Below the pieces are notes generated by a model. The model was not told where the DNA came from. It did not search any database and saw nothing but the letters and a program-made list of their open reading frames with translations. A DNA stretch of 50,036 nt. Origin: Girardia tigrina. Its lineage: Eukaryota. The stretch lies in the NCBI GenBank assembly GCA_001938485.1, contig MQRK01212652.1, positions 1 through 50,036 of the forward strand, read 5' to 3'. Position 1 is the stretch's first letter. Each line of letters starts with the position of its first letter. This document shows, one piece after another, positions 12,730-25,406 of this stretch. Position numbers and translations under genes: made by a program.

Positions 12730-13549
12730 GTTTATGAAAGATTGCTTGTGAGTTTATATGGAATAGTTGTTGGGAGAAACTGCCTCCTTTAATGGTCTCT
12801 TAAGGATAATTCAACAGGAATGTGATCAACTAGGAATGAAAGACAGTATCAATTCGTTGGTATGCGACAGACGCACAACACGGCATGAACCAGTAAACAT
12901 TCCGAAATTTACCAGACCGCAGATGAAACTGTTTCAGTGTTCATTTAAATTCAGTTCCAGAGAATTCGTGGAACAAAAAGAATTAAATCAGAATGAAAAA
13001 CAAGACCAAAATCCATGAATTCCTCAAAAGTCAGAAGGATTCAACTGTCATTTATGCAGTAAGAGCTACAAATCCAAATGGTGACTTAAACGGCACCTGA
13101 GCACAGTTCACAAATCTGAAATTCCAACAAGAAGTCAAAACATTATCTAGCAAAATCAAACAGTCAAAGATACAAGAAGAAGGAAATCAATAAACAAGAG
13201 ACATTCTATAAATTAATATCACTCAAGCGCCGATTATTGATCCAAATGCTGTTCCAACAGGAAAGTTGACAGTGAGCTCCGACCAACAGTTCTATCGGCA
13301 AGAGGAACTTTCAGATGCCCGTTTTATGGCTATGTAAAGACCACAAATACAACCAAATGGATACAAGGTCATGCGGCCACAACACATGATGGGTCGTTCA
13401 TCACTGGAATGCCGAAACTTTGGGAAAAAACGAAAGGCTGACGTCCCAGTAGGAGTCCTATCGGGGGCTTATAGACTTCCTTTATTTGTGGTGGTCCATC
13501 TGAAGAACCTTTAAGCTCGATACCATTCTTGTTAGAGATGGTAGGCCCA
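12730..13549 (+). mobile_element. Second, diverged RTE-like LINE 3' end (three C2H2-like fingers plus 3' UTR)
   Basis: FQCSFKFSSREFVEQKELNQ, FNCHLCSKSYKSKW*LKRHLSTVH and GTFRCPFYGY...IQGHAATTHDGSFITGMPK align motif by motif with 10795-11300. Stop at 13439-13441. Confidence 0.75.
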
Positions 13550-14552
13550 TTGTGTATCTGTATTTCTAAAGTTAAATGACGATGAAAATTGTTTTTATTC
13601 ACGTATGATGTTCTTAGCACTGTATCTATGAACTAAATTGAAATATTAAGTTGATAATCACAAAAATATTTTCAATAAAGTTTAATTTTTAAGCCTTCAA
13701 ATTACTTCGAATCCAAGGATGTCTAACATCCGACATTTCATAATACATACCGAAATATTTTCTTCGAATTAAAGTTACCTATTCTAATAGCTTCACCTAC
13801 ATCTTATTTATGACATCTGAGCTACACGTTTGCTTCCAATTACTTCTTATGTCATTTATGTGTTAAATTCTTGTTTATTGTTTAATTAAATACATTTTAA
13901 TTGTTATTTTTCATCAATAAATTTGTAAAGAGTTTTTGAATGTGACAATAAGGTAATATAATAAATATGAATTATTACTATTGTGAAATGCTTTTATCAA
14001 CTTGCAAAGTCAGAAAATTGGTTACCTTTGATTACTTTGACACCCACGCTAGGAGAACACGTGTTAAGAAGCAAGAATGTTGTCTTAGAACAATCTTTTT
14101 TCTTGGATACATAATCAATGTATTATTTATTTACGAGTTTATTTGGTATTGAAAGCAAATGTTATTTTTTCACTTAACCTTCAAGTAACCTTATAATAAA
14201 TTATATATAATAAAATTATATCAAATCAAAAGATGTAATGCAAAAAATATTTAATCATAATTGTAGAATCAGTCAAGACACATTTTTTTATTTTCTTTTG
14301 TTTAAAATTTGATTTACTAGAAACAATAATACACAATACAAATATGCAGGTTAATTTCCTATGACTCATACCTTTTTAATCTTGACACTTTTACATTGTC
14401 CGTCGCTATATCATTTGATTGTAGGTTTATGGTAAAATTTGTAATTATTTCTAACTCCAATGGTCAGGAAATAAAGAATCACGACAACCTAATAAACCTA
14501 CAATCTAGTAGTCTGGAACTTCTGGAACAGGACAGTACGCGAATCGCAATAA

Positions 14553-15335
14553 AAGTAATCCATCACTTATCTCGGTTAATGCGTTCCAGAACCACCTACT
14601 AAAAGTTAAAATCCGCGAAGTAGGGACTGTATCTTTATTTTAATCATATATTTTATTTATATACTTCATTAACAATAAAAATTCACAAAATAATAGTACA
14701 AATACAAACCTTAACTCTTCTTCGTGCGACTAATAAACATTATAATGGGGAGTCATTTGTATTGCTTCTTTGTCTGGATTAGCAGGGTTTTGTAGGATGA
14801 CATGCAATTGTCAAAAGAATTTTTAGACTCTAATGAACGGATTATATTCGTGTACCAATCTTCAGAAAAATTGCTGAAGTTCTTGAGCCTTTCTTTTCAA
14901 GGTGGCAAGACGTTCAAGAGTTAGACCAACGAACGCCTCCTCCTTGTCCCGTTGTTCTTTTTCCTTCACCTCTTCACTTACTGATTTGGTCAACTCCTCC
15001 AGTTCTTCATCCGTCAGTGGTTAACTGTGCACGTCAAACAGATCTTAAACATCTTTGGTAGTCATATCACTGAAACCCTATCCTACCAGTATTTTTGCCA
15101 GACTTACAGCTTTAACGACTGCAGAATGTCGAATTTCGTCGGGAGATAATCCTTTACAATTGTGTACCACTTCTGGTTTTCATATCATTTAGGACCTTCA
15201 GAATATTTTCCAGATGTGATGTAATCATGTAGTCACTTACATTACATAATTACATTAAATTAAAAAGTATTTATTGAAAATCCGCAAAACATCGAAGTCG
15301 CAAAAAGCGAACCTTGAAGAAGCGAGGGATTACTG
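14553..15335 (-). mobile_element. Internally deleted Tigger/pogo DNA transposon
   Basis: Minus-strand PEVVHNCKGLSPDEIRHSAVVKAVSLAKILVG*GFSDMT...PLTDEELEELTKS...GLTLERLA (Tigger C-terminus). TIR CAGTAATCCCTCGCTT at 15320-15335 with a degenerate partner at 14553. Confidence 0.85.
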
Positions 15336-15580
15336 TTTACATAATATTCTGAATCTCCACGAACTGAAATTCTGATAATGACTGTTTGCCTTTGTGAGAA
15401 GTGGTTACAACCTCAATATCAGGATTCATTTTTTTAACANCAAAATTTATTTATATAACAATTCACATATTTAAAACAAATTTTCCTGTTAATTTAATTA
15501 TCTCGACCCAAATTAATCTATTAAATTCATTTCGATTTAATTTTAAAAATCCTGAAAATTTATTTCGACAATTTATTTCA

Positions 15581-16000
15581 AAAATTATTTAAACTTTATT
15601 TTCAAAATTTATTTCAAAGTTTATTTAAAATTGTCTATTAAAAATATTTTTATTTATAAATAAATATTTAATATTTTTGTTTTCTTGACATTTTAAATTT
15701 TAAGATATTTAATAGATACATTAAAATATATTTTTTATTTTTAAATAGATATTTTATTTTTTATGATTTTCTTTTATTATATCATTTTTAATTTTTTTTA
15801 AAATATTTAAAAACACATTAAAAAATATTTTATNNNNNNNNNNNNNNNNNNNNNNNNNNNNNNNNNNNNNNNNNNNNNNNNNNTATCATTTTTAATTTTA
15901 AAATATTGAATAAGCATATTAACATAAAAATATTTTACCCTTTAAATTAAAAAATAATAAATTATTCAGGCGAGATAAAAATTTAAATTAACCCCTCATA
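15581..16000 (+). repeat. AT-rich dispersed repeat, copy 1
   Basis: Reverse complement of 49631-50036, e.g. ATTATTCAGGCGAGAT and GAATAAGCATATTAACATAAAAATATTTTACCC. Confidence 0.9.
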
Positions 16001-16852
16001 GCCTTATTGTATAAAGTAAGTATAAAGAGGCTAAAAATATAATGTCTTTTATTTCAAAGTAGGTATTCCAACATATGCAATGTAAAAATTCACTCAGAAG
16101 ACTTTAAAAAATGAATTCTCTAGAACTAGTTGGCAGTTTATTGAGATTCAGTTATTAAATGACAACGCGAATTATTTTAATTATTATCTATTTTAATTAT
16201 TTGTGTATCCAGAACCTTTGTTTTTTAATAGATTTTCATGTATTTTAAAATAAGCTATTAAAATTTTCAATGAAAATAAATCTGAAAAGTAATTATTAAT
16301 TTTTGTATTTCAAGAAAATTATTGAAAAAAATTATTATTTAATACAACGAAGGACGGACCAGCACTTAATTTATATGGACGAATAGTTAATATTTACATT
16401 CATATACCTTTGTGAATCTTATAATTAGAATTACATGTGGTCAAGAATGACCTATTAATTGTTAATGTCCAGACATACAGGTTTATTTAGATGAAAGTCT
16501 AAAATTAAATATGCAGAAGTACTTTTTAATTTTAAAGCAAAATTAAATTATTTTTTAAACAAAACATTTTTTTCTGAAAAAATCCCTTTACGAGGTTTTA
16601 AGCCGACATTGAAAATAGTTTACTTGTTATCGTTATTCGTTAGGATTTATTCTGTTTCCGTTTCAGACATATTTGTTTTCCTTCTGCTTAAATATTTGTA
16701 ATATTTAAATGTTATTATTATTCATTCTAAACATTTATACCATACTTTCACAAAAGTATTTAAAGAAAAGGTTAGTTTAATATTTTTAATTATTTAATGT
16801 CGATAGTGGATTATCATTTATAATTAAGTTACGTATTAGTAACCACAATTTA

Positions 16853-18499
16853 CAGCTTGAGTAAAAATGTATGGTCAGTCTGTTTATGGTTTAAAATGAT
16901 AGATATAAAAGATAAAAAGCAATTTTTTGAAAATTTTTGAAATTAAGGTCTAGCTTCACATAGCTATTACACAATAAAGTTTTACACAGTTTTGGAATTT
17001 CGTCAATTATTATGGTGTCATTTTGTAGATTTTGTCTTTTTTAAATATATAGTTTCTGCGATATTACGTATAAATTTAAAATATTTATTTGATAATTTAT
17101 GAGGGAAAAGTACAAAAAATTATTTTTTAGTTTTATTAATACAAAATATTTTCGAAATGACCACCTTCCGTGGCTAAAATGTGTTCCACTCGACTTTCAA
17201 AACTTTTAATTGACTTCTGCAAGAATTTTGTTGATAGGCATTTGATCTTTTCAGTAATTTGTGCTTTCAACTCGGTAATTATTGATAGTACTGACGGATA
17301 AATATTATCCTTCAGGTAACCCCATAATACAAAGTCGCATGGATTCACATCCGGTGAATATGGAGGCCAATAAATCCATTCTTCTGTGTGCTTCTCAGAA
17401 TCTAAACCAATAATTCTTTCTCCAAAATGCTCGTTTAAGTATTCGAAAACATCGTATGTTCTATGCAGTCTTGTTCCATCTTGCATAAACCAATAATCGT
17501 CAATTTTATAAATCTCATTCATGAACGGGACCACTTCATCCTTCAATATGTCAATATATATTTTTGTATTTACGTTTTCGTTAATAAAGATTGGTCCGAT
17601 AATTATTTCTGATGACAAATCGTACCAAACGGTCACTCTTTTAGGATGTCGTGGCTTAATAGTCATTAAATGAAGATTCTCTGAACCACCAAAACGCCAA
17701 TTTTGTTTGTTTACGCATCCGCTTCGGTGAAAATGAGCCTCGTCGCTGAACCAAATTTTGCCGCAGTCGATTTTGTCTCTTTCCTTCAGATCGATCATCA
17801 TATTTGAAAATTCAAATCGTTTCTCATGAGCTTTTCATTAATTGGTTGATTGAATTGAATTTTAAATGGAAATAAATTAAGGTCCTGCTTCATTATACGT
17901 CTAAGAGACCTCCGTTCGATACTTAAAACTTCAGAAGCAATTCTTTTGTTTTCGTAATATTTGGCCACCATTTCTGCATTCTGTTTTCGGTTTAGCTCCC
18001 ATTGCATCTTTATCGTCTAGGATGCTTCCAATTCTAAGAAACTTTTCATAATTATTTGTTATATTTCAATATAATATCTATATTATTTCCCTCCCGTTAT
18101 ATTGTAATGTCATCCAAACTTTTTCTTAAATAATTTAATTGTTTCTTCTGCTGAAAAATCCACTTTGAAACAAGTTAAAACTATAAATGTTCGTTGATCA
18201 ATATTATATTAGTTCATATTACGAAATTCGCTAATAAAGGTATTGATTTTTTATATATTTAAATTTAAATGTAATATCACAGAAACTACATATTAAAAAG
18301 AAATTTTAATTTGAAACTTTTTGTTAAAAGACGAAATCTACAAAATAAAAACATAATAATGACGAAATTCCAAAACTTTGTGTAAAACTTTGTTGTGAAG
18401 CTAGCCTTTAATTTCAAAATATTTTCAAAAAATTGCTTTTTGTCACGTATCTATCATTTGAAACAATAAACAGACTGATCATAAATTTACCCCACCCAA
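16853..18499 (-). mobile_element. Tc1/mariner DD41D (rosa/Visitor)-like element with long (~230 bp) imperfect TIRs
   Basis: ORF 17136-17801 has IWFSDEAHF..G.VNKQNWR, MQDG, WPPYSPDVNPCDFVLWGYLK and GGHFE. The N-terminus is frameshifted. 16853-17085 is an imperfect inverted repeat of ~18255-18499, and the element is TA-flanked. Confidence 0.92.
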
Positions 18500-18980
18500 T
18501 AACTACATTTAGTCAATGGATAATTTTTGTGTTTAAATAAATTTTTCAAATAATTTTATTTCATTTCCAGCACACATACTGTACCCAACAAAAATGAATA
18601 AACAAAAAAGAGGACCTGAGAAATAACAAATAAGAAAGAAATCATTTTTAGAAAACGATTCCCAAAAATATACAAAGTTAATAAACATGTTTACAACATC
18701 TAGTACTAATTCTATTATCAATATAAGTACGACTGATTTAAAAACAAAAGAAATAGTGATCTCCATCCGATTCGCAATGTTTCTGATATAGTATTATTAT
18801 TATCATATAATGAGGCCTAAGGTTCTAAAACTGAAACAACAGATATTTGGGGGGATAATGCTGAGAATGTAAATTCATATTCTCAATCTGACTTTCAATA
18901 TAAACTGACCAGTAGGCATAACCATTTTTAGCAAAGCGAGGAAACTTAAAACGACTAAAATTATTTTTTGAAACTTACAG

Positions 18981-19913
18981 CAGGACGAACAATTGAATTT
19001 GGGAGCCCTAGGCTATGACACCAAATGGGGCCCTATCCGCCAACTTCTATTGTTTAAAGGCGATTATAGTTTAGTAGTAGTGTCTCACTTTCTTGCGCTT
19101 TTTTCGATCTAAAGCCTTTGCATTTTTTATTAAAAAGAATAAATATAATTATATTTTCTAGTAGACATTTTCAAGCAAAAATTTTTATACAGAAATGTGA
19201 GGATATTGAATCTAAAGTGAAGAAGATTCAACACAAATAGAACACAAATCCTACAACCTTATTATTCTTATGATATGAAAAATGAAAAGATCGAAATCTC
19301 AAGCAAATGTGTAAGCGCTTACTATCTGTCATTTTCCAAAATATTAAGTTGACTAATAGTGATTTACATTCATATTGATAATTTCCAAATAATTACATTA
19401 AATAACATAATTTAAACAAAAACATTTCTTCGTAATTTTAAATATATTTCAATATTTAAAATTTTATTAATGATATGAATCGTTTTCATGACAATTTACA
19501 GAAATCTAGCAGAGTATTTATAAATAATATCTACCATATGCAAAATAAAATAATTTTTGTTATAAACACCATTCGAATCATCTATGAGATAATCCTTAGA
19601 ATAGCTTTCATACATAGACATCGCTCAAAAAGATTAAATATCTTTATCTCATAATCTGAACTAATTTGAACCTAAATATTTCAAAAATATACAACATTCA
19701 AACATAAAACATCAACATTCCTCACAATGTGTGTATATTAGTTGCCTGTTATATCGGTATCAGAATTAAAAAATATACATGACAATATTATTATTTTTTT
19801 GATATGACTCATTTTAGGACCATTTGGTATCTAATCTCAGAGTAAAAGGGGACCCTTTGATGGGTGGGGCTCTGGGCTGCAGCCCATAAAGCCCATGCAT
19901 AAATCCGGCACCG
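18981..19913. mobile_element. Non-autonomous hAT element
   Basis: Left end CAGGACGAAC...GGGAGCCCTAGG...GGGGCCC; right end GGGCTGCAGCCC...TAAATCCGGCACCG. Flanks ACTTACAG / AATAACAG match 6 of 8 bp, consistent with a decayed 8-bp TSD. Confidence 0.7.
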
Positions 19914-19929
19914 AATAACAGCGAATCGC

Positions 19930-20690
19930 TTGAAACTATTTTTCATATTTCATCCTCAACAAATAAATTTTGATCTCAATGGTAAACTTAATCACCAGAA
20001 CGTTTCTTTCAGAAACAATAAGACTCGCAAATGGCTGAATTACGAAAAAAACAATCAAAAGTTGTTTTGATCATTTTGTCTGGCGTTTAGCAAATTTGCA
20101 GATCAATTAGTCGATCCAACATAATGAGGTCAAAGCATACGTAATGATTTACACTGATTTATAATGATTTATCAAAGAATGTCACAACATGAAGGAAATG
20201 TACTCCATGCAGCCTGCATGGAATAATATTTTTTTTAAAAATCAATGTCGAAGATTGTGCTAGTATTTACACCCGCCGACATGTAGAAGAGATTAAAAAG
20301 AATCATTTACTTTTATAAAGTTTTAATATATTTCAATAATAAGCTTATTACGTCAATGAAATTAATTAAATTAATTAATTAATGAAATTAATAAACTAAC
20401 TCTTCATATAAACTGTAAAAGTTATTAGTCAGCGTTGACTTAGATACCAAAAAGCAGAATAGTCAGTATTCACTTTAATGGATGACAGTGTAAATTATGG
20501 GAATTTTTTAAAAATTCCTTTGCTTGTTAGCAAATTTGATTCATTTTTAGAAGTGCATATAGAAGATGTGGTTCGAAAAAGTCAATCCCATCATGATTCA
20601 GTTTGCAGCAGCAAAGGTCATGAGGATTTGGTCACATTTCTATCAAAAATGAATGTTAATAAAGTAACCTACATTTTTAACAAACATGAT
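19930..20690 (+). mobile_element. hAT transposase N-terminal fragment (TTF zinc finger region)
   Basis: RKWLNYEKNNQKLF*SFCLAF, QHEGNVLHAACM and NYGNFLKIPLLVSKFDSFL...KGHEDLVTFLSK, which are ZMYM1-type hAT motifs. Confidence 0.75.
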
Positions 20691-20984
20691 GGTTGAATAG
20701 ATTAGAGGAGCCGCTATGTTTAGCATTCGAATTGATACTACACAACATATTAATATTAATGTTCTATTGTGATCTGATATGTAACGGACACTGTACACTG
20801 TACCATAAGCTTGATTTAGAAATTCACAAGTTATAGCTTCTGAATTATTTGTGGCATTTGCTTTTCCAGCAAGTTCTAATATTAAGGGGTGTAAGTTTCT
20901 TAAACTTAGTTGAGAACTCATATTTTTCAGAATTATCAATTACATTCATTTTATATATTAATTCAGGATTCTTTTATTGAATTA

Positions 20985-22266
20985 TTAGGTTGTTGCAAAA
21001 TCAATGCAGGTTTTTAAACCTAAACTTTAAACAAATGTAACTCAGCACAGAATAAACTTTATTAATCGAAATAAAAACCATCAGAAGCTATGCGTTTCTG
21101 CCAACGAGAAACAAGTTTATTGATGTCCCTAGTTTAGAACTCCTGAGTTCTGGATGCGATGAAAGCGTTAAAGGCTACTTTAGTGTCGTCTTGGTTTTTG
21201 AATCATTTTTACTGGAGGAACTTGTCCAGATGCTTGAAAAAATGGTAGTCGGTGGGCAAGAGGTCCGGTGAGTAGGGTAGATGAGTCAGAGTTTCGAACC
21301 CAAATTCGTTTAGCTTTTGTAGGATCGGTTTTGCGATGTGTGGCCGAGTGCTGTTGTGGAGGAGAATCGTCCCCTTCATATTGACCATTCTCTGGAACAT
21401 ACGTCGAAGCTCGAGGTGCATTTTGTCAATTTGTTGGCAGTACTTCTCTGCGGTGATCGATTCACTCGTATTCAGAAAGCTGTGATAGATGAGACCGGCT
21501 GCAGACCACCAAACAGTCACCATAATCTTCTTTTGGTAGAGTTTCGGTTTCGGAAAGTGATGAGGAGCATCATAGCGGTTCAACCATTTTGCCGAACGTC
21601 GCTGATTGTCGTAGAGAATCCCCTTCTCATCACACTTCATAATCCGGGACGTTCTCGTTGCGCAAAAAAAACGCGGAAGACACCTCAAAACGACGATTGA
21701 TTGTCATTCAATCAAATTTGTGAGGCACCAATTTTTCGAGCTTTTTTCGATTTTCCAATTTGCTTTAAGTGCCGAGCGACGGTTGAGGGATCAACGTTAA
21801 GCTCTTCTACGAGTGCTCGAAAAGTTGTGCGTGGATCGACTTCCACCAGCTCCTTCAATTCATGATCGTCAATCGTCGATGGGCGGCTGCCACGAGGCTC
21901 ATCTTCCATACTGGTATTGCCAGAGCGAAACTTTTAATACCAGCCTTGCACCGTGCATTCGTTGACACTTCCCTTGCCCCAAACTTTGTTGATGTTTCGA
22001 GTGGTTTGAGCTGCATTACGGTCTAGCTTTAACTCGTAGAAGTAAATGTTGCGAAAATCACGTTCCGACATTTGCTATTAAAATCGACATTATTAACAAA
22101 AGAAACATTATAATAAGGTTTAGACAAATATATCTAAGAGTATTAATTAAGCTTTCGAATGACTCATAACATTATACATTACAAAACATCATACATGTTT
22201 TAGTCGTATAACATTGTGGTAAATACAAAACAATCAAAATCCTGTATTCCTTTTGCAACAACCGAA
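20985..22266 (-). mobile_element. Full-length defective mariner (cecropia-like), 1282 bp
   Basis: TA-flanked TIRs TTAGGTTGTTGCAAAA / TTTTGCAACAACCGAA. Transposase runs from ATG 22071 (MSERDFRNIYFYELKL...) to stop 21062, with CDEKGILYDN, MVTVWWS and YSPDLLPTDYHFF. Contains stops and frameshifts. Confidence 0.95.
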
Positions 22267-22346
22267 TATATTTCTGAATAACACTGTAATTAATTAGGAA
22301 CATAATTTAACTGATATAGCTAATATAACAAATTATTATTGTGTTT

Positions 22347-22528
22347 TTGATATGGAAAATTGTTATAATATCAATGAACTATGAACAATGTCTGAGTTCA
22401 AAGATTACAGCAGTCGGTTTCTTCAGTTATAAGAAACAGCTGTAAATCTCTGATATAAACCTTGTTTGTATATTAAAGAGAAATATAATAGCAAAATCTT
22501 ATCACAGTGCTTTAGACCCTGTGATACT
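22347..22528 (+). repeat. Dispersed ~180-bp repeat, copy 1
   Basis: Near-identical to 40273-40448 (CTGAGTTCAAAGATTACAGCAGTCGGTTTCTTCAG...TATCACAGTGCTT..ACCCTGTGATACT). Confidence 0.92.
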
Positions 22529-25121
22529 CATGTTTAACATCATATACATCATTAATTCAAGGGTTAATATTTCAAACAGTTTGAGTAATCGATGTTTAGA
22601 ATAATGTATTCATAATATATAAGTAATTTCTTCTAATATAACATAATGATACACATTCCTTTATAATAATATAATAATAATAATTTCTTTATAATCATAG
22701 CTGCAACAATTGATAAATACAACGAAATAAAACATATACAAAATAAATACACATTGTAAAAACAACATTTAAAATGTGAGTAAAAATTATAAATGAATAA
22801 ATCACAATAAAAATGTAACAATATTTTTCGGAGTAAAATATACTTATCGCTTTTTGTTTTAATGTCGTTTTAAAAAACGTTGAAATGAGAATATTTTATT
22901 GTTATTAATATTGATAAATTTTACTTTTTTTAAAAAAACAACTTCCAAGGGAGTCCAATTAAAAATGTTGATGGGTGCCTCAAAATTTGGTTTAAGAATG
23001 TAAATTAAAATTACTTTACTTCATGTTGACCGATCTTGAACACATTCGACAAGTATTGTTCAGAATAACATAGACTAGAAAAAACCTTTAGATTTGCTAA
23101 AAGATTTATGTATTTATTGAATGACTGATATTACATATGAGTTTTATATTCACTTCAATAATAAATTAAAATAAAATTCAATGATTTTTTAGAAGATAAT
23201 CTCAATAAAAATGCAAGTGATAAAAGTGAAGAAGAATAAGATGAAGATGAAAGCAACCGAAGATTCTCATTTTATCAAGTAATCAGATTTTGTCTTTTAG
23301 AGCTGCTGAAAGAAAAATAAATCGGAACAAAATTTCATAATTTCGAATGATGTATTATTAATAATTTTTATTTTGTGGGAATTTATCTTTTCAAAACTCA
23401 CGGGGAGCTCTACATTTTCGTATACTTCATTGGATGAGTGTTGATTTTTAACATTCTTGATTGTGATAACACACATTTCTAATGAAAGACGTTTTCCACT
23501 GACCAGGGGTGTTCTCGCTTTTGCTCCCCGGGAGCCTTCACAAGCCATAAGGCTCCGGTGACTTAACGGTTGGATATCGTTGATAACAAATGTCCTTTTA
23601 ATTGAATGAATATATTTTGCTTTTTTTTATTTTGAAAAAATATAAAATATAAACTTTTTAAAAAACAGTTATAAAACGGATAAATAATAGACTATAATAA
23701 AATGATATATGATCAGTGATTCTCATGGCGGTTAAAAATTTACAAAAGAAAAAAATAAGGAATTTTAAAAGAATAATAAAACTATTATGCAAGTACTATT
23801 AAAAAAGCAACTTAAAAGAATTATAAAGAAAAACACCAATCCGAAGAATCGCTTTTCATCTTCTCACAATGAGATCCGGTGAGAAAACATATTTTGTTAA
23901 AGAGTTTTATCATATCAATTGAACTTTCTCTAAGTTGTTTAATGAGACTTCCTGGGGGTGTTAATTAATGGTGTCAGTATTACCATTCATTGAGGCCACT
24001 TAAATGAGTCTGAACGTTTGCGGAGACTGTATTGTGAAACAGTTCTTGAGACTGTCCTTATGTAGTTTGAATTCATTCGTGAGTTTCCTTGTGGTTCAAT
24101 GCGTTTAATAAGTGGTCATAGTTTTTGATAAATTACCGGAACCGGTGCCTAACACAACGAAATAAAAATAATTCCATTGTCTTCTTTTTAAATCTAGATT
24201 TTATTTTTTGTTAATTATCGAAAAAATATATAATATTAGAACAATTATTAAGGGGAAAATATTATAAATGATTTAATGTAATACAAATTCATATTTTTTT
24301 TAAAGTTGATATCTTGAAAAGAATCAGTTTGTTTTAATTATAATTTTAAAATGTAATTATTTTACAAATTACTATTTAAATTTTTTTTATAAAATCTGGA
24401 ATTTTTTTAAAATAGTGATATTTGATGAATTGCTGCTTTATGGAAACTTAAAAAAACGAAGTATCGATAAAACACTGAGGATATGATCTATATTCATAAT
24501 TGGTTCTGGAAACGGACTGCTTGGATCATCTTGCTGCAGCAGATTCTTTTTCAGGAATAGAGTCGGTTCTAACTGAATGTTCGAGAATTCGATATGTATA
24601 TCTTTATATTTTTAGAATTAAAAATTCTAAAAAAGAAGGTTAAAGAAAAAATAATTTTTATTTAATAAAGATTTAATATTTAAAAAGTAAAGAATGTGTT
24701 AATTATGATTAAAAAAATGTTGTTTAAAACGTTGAGGTTGTTTTTGAGTTGATTTAAAAAGGTTTGGTATCTACCGTTGTAAAAGTGTATTGAAAAATTT
24801 TTAATAGAGTTTTTGATTCGATTTAATTTACATTGATTTGAATTATGATCTATTTCGTGTTGACTTCCAAACAAAACCATGTTTTCTGATTACTGGTATA
24901 CAAAGTCAACGGAGAAATTGAAAACTACAAATATTAATTCCAAAATACCCATAGAAAACGTCAATAACAACTGTGAAATTTTTCCTTTTGAAATTTTCTT
25001 AAATTTTATTGTGGAGTTTGGTTGAAAATAAAGACATTGAATGGCAAATTTTAAAGAACTGATTTCGAGAATTCGAAATTCCAAAATGGATTACTCAGGG
25101 TTATTAGAAACCGTCAATTGG

Positions 25122-25403
25122 AAACTCACTATCGATTATGGAAAGAAATCGAAACTCGAATCCGCAGTTTATCCGGCTTCGCAAATCGCTACTGCGGTCG
25201 TTGAACCATACAATTCAATCTTGACGACTCATACGACTCTTGAACACTCGGATTGTGCGTTTATGGTAGACAATGAAACGATTTACAAAATCTGCCGCTG
25301 GAATCTCGATATCAAACGGCCGACTTATACCAATTTAAATCGATTGATCGACCAAATAGTCAGCTCGATTACCGCGTCTCTAAGATTCGACGGCGCTCTC
25401 AAT
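25122..25403 (+). pseudogene. TUBA: Alpha-tubulin internal fragment (approx. residues 156-249)
   Basis: [52 protein letters not shown]...[24 protein letters not shown]. No N- or C-terminal tubulin sequence nearby, and several highly conserved residues are substituted. Confidence 0.95.
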
Positions 25404-25406
25404 AAA

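Noticed and set aside
13495-13545. CTGAAGA...CGATAC as a hammerhead ribozyme
   Set aside because: It has GATA instead of GAAA, the stem II register is wrong, and the second copy reads CTAAAGA.
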